Of a DNA stretch of 64,000 bases, positions 48,494 to 60,794 are shown in pieces. The stretch lies in assembly GCA_040437565.1 (NCBI GenBank), contig JBDOQK010000025.1, forward strand, positions 62,001 through 126,000, read 5' to 3'. A program made the translations under genes and the position numbers. The stretch is from Albugo candida (Eukaryota). A model generated the notes under the pieces. It worked only from the letters and a program-made list of their open reading frames with translations, did not search any database and had not been told where the DNA came from. Numbering within the stretch: the stretch's first letter is position 1; each line of letters starts with the position of its first letter.

Positions 48494-51400
48494 TCAATAG
48501 CCTGCTACATAGCGATATCCTTTCCAATCCGGTGGTGCCTCAAAATCATACTCTTTGAGAACTTGCATGAGATGCTTACAAGGTCCATCTTGAGGTCGAA
48601 TTTGAAGCGCGTGTGTGAGATAATGGCGCGCTTTGGCCCAATCTCCAGCAATATACGCTTCCACAGCACTCGATCCAGATTCAAGAAATGCAGGTTCGAG
48701 TCGTTCACGAATTTCCATATACTCTGGATCATTTTCAAAATCGACTGGTTGCTGCATACCGCTGGTTGGATCGATTTTGGGCGTGCCAAAGCCTTTCTTC
48801 ATGACGGTCACATCCAATGTATAGACTGTCAACGGCGTATCGACACCGCGAATGCTGATACGATCCATCTTGCGAGTGAATCGTCTTGCTGCTGGCGATA
48901 ATAAGGCAACAAACCAGTGTGATAAATTGAGAGGAGTCATGTAGATTTTAGACCCAGCTTCCAATCGATCAGCCATCTCCACATGAGGAGATATATATGT
49001 CGCATCAATTTTACATCGTGATCCGATAGCACCTTCCACTGCCCATCCGACATGCATACCGAATCCCATTTTTATGCGAAAATCAGGTCCAAATCGCTTG
49101 ACGACACTCTTTCGGCTCAGATATTCCGTCAAACTTCCATTCGTATTGGCATTATCCAAATCGATCAAACATTTCATAAATGCTGTCAGAGCGCTGTCAG
49201 CCATTTCTGTGGGTGTGATACGACGTGGAACGACGCCAGCGCCAGGATTCAACGGACAACGCACAGTTTGATTCACAAGTACTCGATCTTCTTCCGTTGG
49301 CAAGTCTGTAAATCGAGAGAATCGAGGCAGTTCACCATCACATATTTTCCACGATAAAAGGAACGCATCACCGACGTTTTTGTTGGCCATTCCGTAATAA
49401 TGATGGGTTCCCGAGTGCATGATATCGCCCAATTTATTGACATACACCATAACTTCCTCCTGAAGGCATTCCGTAGTATCCGTGAATTGTCGAATGTCAC
49501 AAAAGCCGTATATGGCAGTGATCTTTTTGCCTGGAAGCATTGGATCTAGATCCCCCGAGCCCATATTCTTGCCAATTATGTCGGCTCCAGCAGCCCCAAA
49601 ACCGACTTGCATAAGTCGTCCAACCTTGAAAAGTGTGAGCTCGAGAAGTGCAGTTTCGAATCCTAATTCCTTGGCATCTTTATGGATTTTAGCGTCATTT
49701 CCCGAAGTTGTGACACTAACCATTGGATTCTCCACAAGTTTTCTGACAATATCCATCATACGCTCAATTGGCTGCAAAACCAACGAACGAGAGATTCCAA
49801 TAAATGCATTCGAACCAGCGACGAGGACGATCATAATAAACACTGTTTTCAGTATGCTGAAAGCAGCTCCCGTGGATGTTGCCGAGGATACATCAAACAC
49901 AGCAAGACTTGAGCATGCACTGGTGAGATCGGCCTTATCGACAGCTACAAAGAGAGTGTTGTAACATCCGTTGTACTTGACAATATTCATCTCAATGGAG
50001 CGCAAGGACGTGATAACATCCTCGTAATTGCGGTACATATCTGCAAAACTCCACTTGTTGGATGGATTTGTCTCTTGCGTGTAGGAAGAGGATGCATTCC
50101 CACCCACTTGAAATCGAATTGAGGCAATGTCATCGTACAAATCTGACATGCTGTGATTTGTGAGCTGAAAGTACACAAGCTTGCCTCCATCACGCACGTA
50201 TCCTTCCAATAAACGACGATACTCCGTACTCGAAGTGAGCAAGTAACCGGAGCTCAAAAGCATGTGAATCGGACGAAGCCCATAGTCCTGATACTGGAGT
50301 GTTGTATCAGAGTATCCACCATCAAAGACTGGAAGCACCATAATGAGAAACAGAACCAAAATGACAACACGTTGAATGGTTACTTCTCCCATACGGCTTC
50401 CGACTTTGCTTTCTTGCAGCTGGTCGGCATTTTGATCTTGATGTTTCCATTTCAAAAGCTTCACAACGCGAAACAATCGAACTGCTCGAACCACACGAAC
50501 AATCCGACCGGCTTTACTTCCCGTTTTGGTGGCTTTACTAGCNNNNNNNNNNNNNNNNNNNNNNNNNNNNNNNNNNNNNNNNNNNNNNNNNNNNNNNNNN
50601 NNNNNNNNNNNNNNNNNNNNNNNNNNNNNNNNNNNNNNNNNNTCAAGAAATGCAGGTTCGAGTCGTTCACGAATTTCCATATACTCTGGATCATTTTCAA
50701 AATCGACTGGTTGCTGCATACCGCTGGTTGGATCGATTTTGGGCGTGCCAAAGCCTTTCTTCATGACGGTCACATCCAATGTATAGACTGTCAACGGCGT
50801 ATCGACACCGCGAATGCTGATACGATCCATCTTGCGAGTGAATCGTCTTGCTGCTGGCGATAATAAGGCAACAAACCAGTGTGATAAATTGAGAGGAGTC
50901 ATGTAGATTTTAGACCCAGCTTCCAATCGATCAGCCATCTCCACATGAGGAGATATATATGTCGCATCAATTTTACATCGTGATCCGATAGCACCTTCCA
51001 CTGCCCATCCGACATGCATACCGAATCCCATTTTTATGCGAAAATCAGGTCCAAATCGCTTGACGACACTCTTTCGGCTCAGATATTCCGTCAAACTTCC
51101 ATTCGTATTGGCATTATCCAAATCGATCAAACATTTCATAAATGCTGTCAGAGCGCTGTCAGCCATTTCTGTGGGTGTGATACGACGTGGAACGACGCCA
51201 GCGCCAGGATTCAACGGACAACGCACAGTTTGATTCACAAGTACTCGATCTTCTTCCGTTGGCAAGTCTGTAAATCGAGAGAATCGAGGCAGTTCACCAT
51301 CACATATTTTCCACGATAAAAGGAACGCATCACCGACGTTTTTGTTGGCCATTCCGTAATAATGATGGGTTCCCGAGTGCATGATATCGCCCAATTTATT

Positions 51401-52987
51401 GACATACACCATAACTTCCTCCTGAAGGCATTCCGTAGTATCCGTGAATTGTCGAATGTCACAAAAGCCGTATATGGCAGTGATCTTTTTGCCTGGAAGC
51501 ATTGGATCTAGATCCCCCGAGCCCATATTCTTGCCAATTATGTCGGCTCCAGCAGCCCCAAAACCGACTTGCATAAGTCGTCCAACCTTGAAAAGTGTGA
51601 GCTCGAGAAGTGCAGTTTCGAATCCTAATTCCTTGGCATCTTTATGGATTTTAGCGTCATTTCCCGAAGTTGTGACACTAACCATTGGATTCTCCACAAG
51701 TTTTCTGACAATATCCATCATACGCTCAATTGGCTGCAAAACCAACGAACGAGAGATTCCAATAAATGCATTCGAACCAGCGACGAGGACGATCATAATA
51801 AACACTGTTTTCAGTATGCTGAAAGCAGCTCCCGTGGATGTTGCCGAGGATACATCAAACACAGCAAGACTTGAGCATGCACTGGTGAGATCGGCCTTAT
51901 CGACAGCTACAAAGAGAGTGTTGTAACATCCGTTGTACTTGACAATATTCATCTCAATGGAGCGCAAGGACGTGATAACATCCTCGTAATTGCGGTACAT
52001 ATCTGCAAAACTCCACTTGTTGGATGGATTTGTCTCTTGCGTGTAGGAAGAGGATGCATTCCCACCCACTTGAAATCGAATTGAGGCAATGTCATCGTAC
52101 AAATCTGACATGCTGTGATTTGTGAGCTGAAAGTACACAAGCTTGCCTCCATCACGCACGTATCCTTCCAATAAACGACGATACTCCGTACTCGAAGTGA
52201 GCAAGTAACCGGAGCTCAAAAGCATGTGAATCGGACGAAGCCCATAGTCCTGATACTGGAGTGTTGTATCAGAGTATCCACCATCAAAGACTGGAAGCAC
52301 CATAATGAGAAACAGAACCAAAATGACAACACGTTGAATGGTTACTTCTCCCATACGGCTTCCGACTTTGCTTTCTTGCAGCTGGTCGGCATTTTGATCT
52401 TGATGTTTCCATTTCAAAAGCTTCACAACGCGAAACAATCGAACTGCTCGAACCACACGAACAATCCGACCGGCTTTACTTCCCGTTTTGGTGGCTTTAC
52501 TAGCCTTCATGGAAGCTTTCGGACTGACAATTTCATCCCAAACCCAACCAATATCAGGAAGAACGGAGAAAGTTGCAATAAGATCGAGTAGAAAGTAAAA
52601 GCTGAAGAGATAATTGGGTCGAGCGTAACAGGAAAGGAGAAATTCGATGGTGAACAAAACAAGACTCGTTGTCGCGAGTGTATAAAACGAGTTATCTGCC
52701 GATTTGTGGAATAAACTCAGACGGATATCGTCGCCGAAAAGAGCGTATATGGTGACAATCAGCATCATGATAGTGAACCATTTTGCATCCAACAATAAGA
52801 AAATTTGGCGCTTCCATGGAGACATTTGCTCATATTGCTGCTGGGGAGTGAGTGTCGCCTTTTTTTTCTTGCTGTAAATGGATCCCAAGACTTCCTTCAA
52901 CAAGTTTTGTTTCGGCGGTGATTTTGATACTAAACCGTGTTTATCCTTTACATTTACTTCGGGTGCTACACGATGAGATGAATGCAT
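48494..52987 (-). CDS. Voltage-sensor/ion-channel-like membrane domain fused to a class III adenylyl cyclase with C-terminal TPR (~843 aa after removing a 1962-bp gap duplication)
   Basis: S1-S3 helices, S4 GRIVRVVRAVRLFRVVKLLK, S5/S6, HAMP-like linker, cyclase FCDIRQFT, ANKNVGDA, GFGMHVG, GAIGS..KIDATYISPHVEMADRLE, TPR tail YIAGDWAKA..DGPC..PPDWKG. Confidence 0.92.
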   Translation of the reverse strand: MHSSHRVAPEVNVKDKHGLVSKSPPKQNLLKEVLGSIYSKKKKATLTPQQQYEQMSPWKRQIFLLLDAKWFTIMMLIVTIYALFGDDIRLSLFHKSADNSFYTLATTSLVLFTIEFLLSCYARPNYLFSFYFLLDLIATFSVLPDIGWVWDEIVSPKASMKASKATKTGSKAGRIVRVVRAVRLFRVVKLLKWKHQDQNADQLQESKVGSRMGEVTIQRVVILVLFLIMVLPVFDGGYSDTTLQYQDYGLRPIHMLLSSGYLLTSSTEYRRLLEGYVRDGGKLVYFQLTNHSMSDLYDDIASIRFQVGGNASSSYTQETNPSNKWSFADMYRNYEDVITSLRSIEMNIVKYNGCYNTLFVAVDKADLTSACSSLAVFDVSSATSTGAAFSILKTVFIMIVLVAGSNAFIGISRSLVLQPIERMMDIVRKLVENPMVSVTTSGNDAKIHKDAKELGFETALLELTLFKVGRLMQVGFGAAGADIIGKNMGSGDLDPMLPGKKITAIYGFCDIRQFTDTTECLQEEVMVYVNKLGDIMHSGTHHYYGMANKNVGDAFLLSWKICDGELPRFSRFTDLPTEEDRVLVNQTVRCPLNPGAGVVPRRITPTEMADSALTAFMKCLIDLDNANTNGSLTEYLSRKSVVKRFGPDFRIKMGFGMHVGWAVEGAIGSRCKIDATYISPHVEMADRLEAGSKIYMTPLNLSHWFVALLSPAARRFTRKMDRISIRGVDTPLTVYTLDVTVMKKGFGTPKIDPTSGMQQPVDFENDPEYMEIRERLEPAFLXXXXXXXXXXXXXXXXXXXXXXXXXXXXXXXXXXASKATKTGSKAGRIVRVVRAVRLFRVVKLLKWKHQDQNADQLQESKVGSRMGEVTIQRVVILVLFLIMVLPVFDGGYSDTTLQYQDYGLRPIHMLLSSGYLLTSSTEYRRLLEGYVRDGGKLVYFQLTNHSMSDLYDDIASIRFQVGGNASSSYTQETNPSNKWSFADMYRNYEDVITSLRSIEMNIVKYNGCYNTLFVAVDKADLTSACSSLAVFDVSSATSTGAAFSILKTVFIMIVLVAGSNAFIGISRSLVLQPIERMMDIVRKLVENPMVSVTTSGNDAKIHKDAKELGFETALLELTLFKVGRLMQVGFGAAGADIIGKNMGSGDLDPMLPGKKITAIYGFCDIRQFTDTTECLQEEVMVYVNKLGDIMHSGTHHYYGMANKNVGDAFLLSWKICDGELPRFSRFTDLPTEEDRVLVNQTVRCPLNPGAGVVPRRITPTEMADSALTAFMKCLIDLDNANTNGSLTEYLSRKSVVKRFGPDFRIKMGFGMHVGWAVEGAIGSRCKIDATYISPHVEMADRLEAGSKIYMTPLNLSHWFVALLSPAARRFTRKMDRISIRGVDTPLTVYTLDVTVMKKGFGTPKIDPTSGMQQPVDFENDPEYMEIRERLEPAFLESGSSAVEAYIAGDWAKARHYLTHALQIRPQDGPCKHLMQVLKEYDFEAPPDWKGYRYVAGY
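48681..52504. repeat. Exact duplication across an assembly gap (48681-50542 = 50643-52504)
   Basis: Identical ORFs are offset by 1962 bp on either side of the 100-N gap. Confidence 0.9.
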
Positions 52988-53122
52988 TGCACGTTTTCAG
53001 ACCCTTTTCAGATAAAAATATATTTATGCAGTCTGCTTAGAAAGAGACGTTGTTTGGTCTGACCAGTGGTGGCGAAGTTCGCTCGACAGTGTTGTGGGAG
53101 TACAATAAATTGATCTCTCTTC

Positions 53123-54742
53123 TTGTTCTCTTTTCGCTATACCGATTAGAAAAAGAGTAGCTGACGCATTTGTGCCATATTCATCCCTCTCTGTTTTAAG
53201 ATTGATCACTATCGCGATTGAGATGCCTTGTCGTATGGAGAATACCGCTCGAAATCTCTTCCTAGCGATTAAATGGTCTGTCATGCTTTTGGCTATGGAA
53301 AGGCTTTTTATCGATTCTTTGGGAAGAGAGAATTTACGTGGAGACTGAAAGAATGAAGCAGCTGATAGTGTTTGCTGTTCGGCTACTACAGCGGAAGTAA
53401 TTTTTGAATTTGTCGATGGCTCGGAAGCTGTGTTCCGACAGTTTACAACATCTATTGAACGATGAGCTTACGTGAAGTTTAGCGACTGAGTATCGAGCTT
53501 TCACTGAGGCATGTAACCTCGGGTCTGGTCGTCCAGATGTACATGATGTAGATTCTCACGGTCACTTGTATTCGGTTGGAATCGATTGCGTTTGTGCTGG
53601 CAATCTTATGACGAGTCTATCATGCGTTTCAGATACTGTGTTTCACGGAGAAGGATTCTTGATATCTAGCCTAGCATTGCACCTATCGCTGAAGATTTGA
53701 TAGGAAAGGCATCTGAGGATCTGGAAGGCTACAAGGGAATACTAGCCTTTGACGTAGGCAATTGACGTACATTGAAGCGCGACGATGATGAGCGAATGGT
53801 ATCAATCACGGTATTTACAAGCACTCTTGTGGTGGGCGCAGAAGCAGTAACTTTGACTGGAATCAACAGTGGAAGCGAGGAGNNNNNNNNNNNNNNNNNN
53901 NNNNNNNNNNNNNNNNNNNNNNNNNNNNNNNNNNNNNNNNNNNNNNNNNNNNNNNNNNNNNNNNNNNNNNNNNNNNNNNNNNTTGTTCTCTTTTCGCTAT
54001 ACCGATTAGAAAAAGAGTAGCTGACGCATTTGTGCCATATTCATCCCTCTCTGTTTTAAGATTGATCACTATCGCGATTGAGATGCCTTGTCGTATGGAG
54101 AATACCGCTCGAAATCTCTTCCTAGCGATTAAATGGTCTGTCATGCTTTTGGCTATGGAAAGGCTTTTTATCGATTCTTTGGGAAGAGAGAATTTACGTG
54201 GAGACTGAAAGAATGAAGCAGCTGATAGTGTTTGCTGTTCGGCTACTACAGCGGAAGTAATTTTTGAATTTGTCGATGGCTCGGAAGCTGTGTTCCGACA
54301 GTTTACAACATCTATTGAACGATGAGCTTACGTGAAGTTTAGCGACTGAGTATCGAGCTTTCACTGAGGCATGTAACCTCGGGTCTGGTCGTCCAGATGT
54401 ACATGATGTAGATTCTCACGGTCACTTGTATTCGGTTGGAATCGATTGCGTTTGTGCTGGCAATCTTATGACGAGTCTATCATGCGTTTCAGATACTGTG
54501 TTTCACGGAGAAGGATTCTTGATATCTAGCCTAGCATTGCACCTATCGCTGAAGATTTGATAGGAAAGGCATCTGAGGATCTGGAAGGCTACAAGGGAAT
54601 ACTAGCCTTTGACGTAGGCAATTGACGTACATTGAAGCGCGACGATGATGAGCGAATGGTATCAATCACGGTATTTACAAGCACTCTTGTGGTGGGCGCA
54701 GAAGCAGTAACTTTGACTGGAATCAACAGTGGAAGCGAGGAG
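53123..54742. repeat. Exact duplication across an assembly gap (53123-53882 = 53983-54742)
   Basis: Identical sequence at an 860-bp offset, flanking the gap at 53883-53982. Confidence 0.9.
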
Positions 54743-57700
54743 GTAGTACGATACAGTTGTTTTCTGATATATCTATAGAGTTGGCGTTGAGGCCTGGGCT
54801 GCACAAACATCAGTTCACTAACGCGAGGCAATACAACTGTAAACGTACGACGTGGACTGATCTACTAAAAAGACAAGGATCAATGAACTGATACGAAAGA
54901 GATCCGTCAAATGAAAAGAAGTATCTTCGTGGATTAAATTCGACCGGATTTGCGAGGAAGAGTTTGGACATGCTTGTGCACAGCAATAGACACTTTCAAT
55001 TCCAATCGAATCCAGGATGTGAGGAGTTGCAAGTCGACTTTGAATGGGTATGCGCATGGGAAGGTCAGATACTTATATAGAGAACGAATACGGACAAATA
55101 AGATACAAGTCTGGGCAAGCCATTTCATTGCGAGTATCAATGTGAACAAATATATCACTTTTTATTCTTTCGAATGCGAAAGAGAAATTGAGAGAACGAA
55201 ATCTGAAATGGTTATATGTTGGAGAGATAAATCGGACTGAGTTGTCATCCCAGAGAAGCTCCATCTGAAGAATAGAATACAGATACATTCGCTACGACTG
55301 ACAAACTAACATCGTATTTGTGCAATCAGTGCTGGACGAATAATCCGGTAATCTTTCGAATGAGCTTCCGTCTAGATTTGCAGTCAGAGAGATTCGTGAA
55401 CTATATGCTACATAAGAAGGATGATGCCACTCAAAGTAGAGGGCATCCATCAATCATCAAGAATCTATAAGATGCGTTTAAGAAGCTCAGTAAGAGCTAC
55501 TACAGATTGTATATGCAGAGGTGATGCACTAATATTCTCGAAATTCCTACCAAGATCAAATCAAAACGATCAAACTCCGTAATTAGAGATCTCAATGAAG
55601 TTGGCTATCGACTGCGCACATGTGATCAGGTCAACGTGCTCCTCGGAATTTCTCTTTTCTAAAACCAAATTTCTGACAGAACAGAAGATATATACGCTCA
55701 TCGAGTTGTATTGAGCGACATATCGGATGCCAATCACAATCACGCAGCGTTTCGACACAAAAGAGAACGACGCATGCGATCTGTGCTCGACGGATTCACC
55801 TCTATGACCGTGACTTTCTCGGTCAAACGGTATCAGAGTTTAGGCATTCAGACGACAAGAGTAAGACTTTGATATCACACGATTGGCCTCACCATGCCAG
55901 TTTAAGCGCAGCTCATTACGCTAATGAATTACGATATTGCATGGCTTGCGTCCAAAGCGGCTATTTTGTAGCTGTCTCAGTTACCTCTATGGCTCATATG
56001 AGAACTGACGCTCGATGAGGCTAGGATACCCTGAACTATCGTCCATCACATGATAAGGAATTCCATGCCATCAAAGCGTTCTTGAGAGAAGTAGTGGAAC
56101 TAGTTTCAATGCCTGCCAATTGATATGACCTGCGTGTCCTTGGATGCTGCATCATCTCATAGTCTCGCCTCAGCTCACTAAAACTTCGATGAATTTTTCA
56201 CGATACCAGCGTTACACATTGCTGCAGTCGCGTTACCCGTTCTAATGCATCTCCCGCAATTCTTCGTGCATCAACGGGATCGTAGTTGCTTAATATTGAA
56301 AAGGATGTTACAGCTTTTCTACCAGCATGAAATAGCACGCCGCAAGACCGATTTCTGAGGCCAAGTTGCTGAATCATTACAGCACGATAAGACAAATCCT
56401 TCTGTACCCTCTTCATGCTTCGAATCTGTGATACTCTGGGCCCAGAAACCTATGGTAGGCGTATGACTACGTCTGGTCATATTATGCGCTGCAGAATTGA
56501 TTCCTCGACAGGTGTGTCACGCAAATCTCAAAAGACTAACGTCATTGAATGAGTTCCTTCAATGGTTGTCGTTTGAGTGAATTCCCCTCCAATCATTCTG
56601 TATATGATGTTATCGTATCGCTGTAGTCCTGACTGATAGGCGTAAGAACCAGATGCGCTTGATCCAAGCCTATTTTCGATTCAACTCGTACATTGACGAT
56701 CCTTGATCCAAAGTGTAAGCTTCAGGTTCGCTGTAATAAGCCTTCATGCCAAGAATTGCAAAGCGGCACAACAATCTCAATCAAAATTCTTAGATGGATT
56801 TAAAATTGTGATCTTATTCGTGAACATTTGTCGCTGTTACGACTACATCTGTGTAATCTCACACCATCCTGCTTGATTCTTGGTTTTTATATAGTCATAA
56901 ATGGGTGAAGATGTACTTGAAACCTGCATGTCAGCTCTCCATGCAGTAGTTGACTCTATAGATTCCCTATCTGGTCCAATAAACACAAACTGCTCGACGC
57001 ACATACTTGTCTTCAATACTTCGCCANNNNNNNNNNNNNNNNNNNNNNNNNNNNNNNNNNNNNNNNNNNNNNNNNNNNNNNNNNNNNNNNNNNNNNNNNN
57101 NNNNNNNNNNNNNNNNNNNNNNNNNNTTATATAGTCATAAATGGGTGAAGATGTACTTGAAACCTGCATGTCAGCTCTCCATGCAGTAGTTGACTCTATA
57201 GATTCCCTATCTGGTCCAATAAACACAAACTGCTCGACGCACATACTTGTCTTCAATACTTCGCCATTCCTTGCTGGCATAAACCGGGCACCCAGGTTCG
57301 TACCAAAAAGCGTACAACTTTGCTGTTTCACTGTCCATGAGACCTGTATGGGCCATGTCTGGTTGACTACAAGGCATAAATCGTCCCAAGTTGTCGGTGA
57401 CAAGTTTGCTTAACCACATTCCTGGTATACGGGATTTTGATCCCATCGGTTAGTGGATCGATCTTTCATGTCTGATACTTCTCAAGGAGGCATAAAATTG
57501 ATCCAAAAAGTGAATGTGAGGTCCGATATCGGATCAATTGATCCAAGTTTGGAGAAGCATTGATGATAAACCTTTTATGAGATTCTTTGGATCCACCCAC
57601 ACTCGCATGAGTACGCAGTATAGACGGACGTGAAATGGCTGACCGGATATGCGATGCATATGACTTCTGTAGTTCAGAGTAGCAAATTGGAGATCGCNNN

Positions 57701-60700
57701 NNNNNNNNNNNNNNNNNNNNNNNNNNNNNNNNNNNNNNNNNNNNNNNNNNNNNNNNNNNNNNNNNNNNNNNNNNNNNNNNNNNNNNNNNNNNNNNNNTGA
57801 GGTCCGATATCGGATCAATTGATCCAAGTTTGGAGAAGCATTGATGATAAACCTTTTATGAGATTCTTTGGATCCACCCACACTCGCATGAGTACGCAGT
57901 ATAGACGGACGTGAAATGGCTGACCGGATATGCGATGCATATGACTTCTGTAGTTCAGAGTAGCAAATTGGAGATCGCTATTTGCTGAGAAGGTTGCGAA
58001 GAGTTTTGTAGATTGTGTCAAGAGCTGCTGATAAGGGTGATGAGGTAGGCCGCATATTGCACAAAAACGACTCGAGGAATAGGAGACAGTAAAATGGAAT
58101 GAAATCACAAATCCTCTTTTGCCGGAGGAGAAATACAATGACCGCTGTTAAAAGAAAATGGAAGGAATTAGTACAGACGGAATCTGCTGCCAGTAAGAAA
58201 ATTTTTAGTTCCGCTTGGCGTGGAAGATTCCACTTTGACAATGATATGTAATCAGAATCACAGACAGCATATTGTTGATAATGAATGAGCGTATTTGCCA
58301 CTAATTGTGAAATGATGTTTTTTTTGACGAGTTATGACGACTTGCAAGGGATCACAGGAGAATGAGAGAGACCAGGTGTAGAATTCAGCTGAGTAATGCT
58401 AAGTAATAGTCATGTCTGGTGGTGACGAAATCTCCGAGAGATCAAAGAAACTCTGAATCAACAACTAATCCAATCGTATATGCTGCCACGCTCTCCGGCC
58501 TGAAATGGTGCTATCTCTATCTGCCCGGGAAGTACGAATCTCACTAAGATTTAGACAAGCATGGGAGAAGATACTTTTATTGAATACGTGTGACGCTGCA
58601 GCACAAAATGAATGCATTTGTGTCTTTCCTCAATGACATGAGACAAAGATTCACAGTACAGAATGCGTGGTCAGAAGGAAAAGTGACGCAGGTACTGAGA
58701 GCAATTACAAAAAGTCCTATCAGGAGGCGCTGTAGCTGAGTCAACTAAAACGTCAAGAAATCCGCTTTAGATGAATAGATGTCAAACTTATGGAATGATG
58801 CTGACAGGGATTGAAGACCTCTCATGGTGAAAGAGATCCGCTCTTCTTACGACTGCGACAAAAACAGCCGTCGTCGAATACCGATTGAGAATGCAGGAAA
58901 CGGGCGCAATTCGTGGTCATCGCTTACCGGGGAAAAACCATGGCACACTTGGAAGCATCTGTCGTTATTTGAGCGAATCAACTTATCATTGGATCAACTG
59001 ATCTAGTTCCTTAAGCAAAATGGACTGTTATGTAAGTGATGAAATCCACTTGGAGATGCGCAATTTGTATATAAAACTTAGCTTAGACTGTCACTGAACA
59101 ACAATATCATGCAGGTAGCTCCGAAAGATTCAATACAGAGATTAAACAAAAATCGTGTTTTTGGCGGTTCGAAGCACCTCGTTACGAGAATGTATGTGTC
59201 GAGTTGCAGCTCATTTTTGACTCAAAATGTGCTGATGATGCGGTTCCTCGGCATGAAGAAGTGTAGTTGCAATGCTGTTCAATGGTCTTACAAATGACTG
59301 GATACTCTGTGTAGCTTTGTAGGTGATTCAAAGTATCGTGCCGTAGCAATTGTCGATAATAATGCTGACCAAAATATTGCGTAAACTGTACTGTACAATG
59401 GGTAAAGACACAAGGGATGTGCACAGATATCCTATGAAAACGACTAGCTTATAGAAACGATTATGGTTTCAGGTGATGGTGAGCAAGTATCTATCATGAA
59501 TAGCGCTATATTCGATGTATTGTACGAGCATGTATTATATCGATACCAAAAGCATATGGGCACAATTTGCAGTATGTGCGATAGTGCCAAAAAGATTGCA
59601 TAATCACTGTCAGATATTTATTTGATACTGAGTTGTTATTGGTCATGCATATTAATTACGTCAGTATTTCCTTCCGTTACTTCAATATGTGTGGCCTTAA
59701 GATGAAAATCAACTTTTTATGAACTAAGATAAATTTGCTTTCGAGTGAGCGTTTTTAGCAGAGGTAGTAGTGGAATTCGGTCGACATCGCCAATTATGAT
59801 ACCTACATAGAGAATCGATCGAAGCTTTGCACTTTATTCCGTATGAAGGCGTCACTCTTCTCTGATTTGGGCACTGCTTAAACCCGAAACTTGCGTGGTT
59901 TCTCACCTGATAGTACAGCTCGTCATAATCATGGGCGTAATATAGCCCAGGAAAATCATCTATAACATGTTACATCCACTGTAGTAGGTGAGAGTGGCTT
60001 CTGTGACTCATGGAGACGAGTCAGATTCGCTGAACCTGAGTCCTTCGAACTGAACGCTGCTAAACGATCTTATGATTTCTGCTACAACTTATCCTGCGAT
60101 CGAATTAGCAAAGTATGAAAACCGGATCGTAAAAGCGCAAAAGCCTGACGATAGAGTGTATTCACAGCGATTATGAGTGGAATAGAATAATTCGTACTGA
60201 ATTACACGTCAGAACTCTATCTTTTTATTTCTTTATTGGGATGCCCTCATTACATCGTTGAGACTACAACGTCAGCCAGTTTTTTCACATTATTGCTAAT
60301 GAACACATCAACAAAGGTGTTTCGTAAATTGTGTGAACACCTTACCTAAAACTGACCTCCTGGACGTGATTGTGCACTGGCTGCCTGTGTATAGTGACCA
60401 TATACACGTCCTAAATCAGCTCAAGTGCTTTGTAGAAGGTACAGCTTACACTTCCAACATATGTGACCGCTCATGCTTCTACTTTGCTGTGCACCTGTAA
60501 CGTTACTTCTCTCGGTGTAGATGTCACAAAATAACAAGTGTTAAGACACGTCTTCATCACAAGCCGGAAGAGAATTTGCTGTGATTCAACGGTTCATTGA
60601 CTGCATTTAGTACTAAGCTCGTATAAGTATAGTCCAATTGGAAGATAAATAGTTTGGGCGATGTGTCTTATTCAAGCAAAGCTATTTATACTATTAATGA

Positions 60701-60794
60701 ATGCAGCTCAGGGGTCTGAGTATTATACTCACAGAATGATTGATTTTCCGTCAAAAGTTCTACGACACAATAGAAAGCGCTAAAGACAGCAAAG

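Noticed and set aside
48494-52987. 1497-aa double-cyclase (pseudo-heterodimer) protein
   Set aside because: The two halves are identical copies around a 100-N gap; the real protein has a single cyclase domain of ~843 aa total.
56434-56452. Palindrome TCTGGGCCCAGA resembling a copia PBS
   Set aside because: No adjacent LTR end or gag remnant recognised; likely chance.
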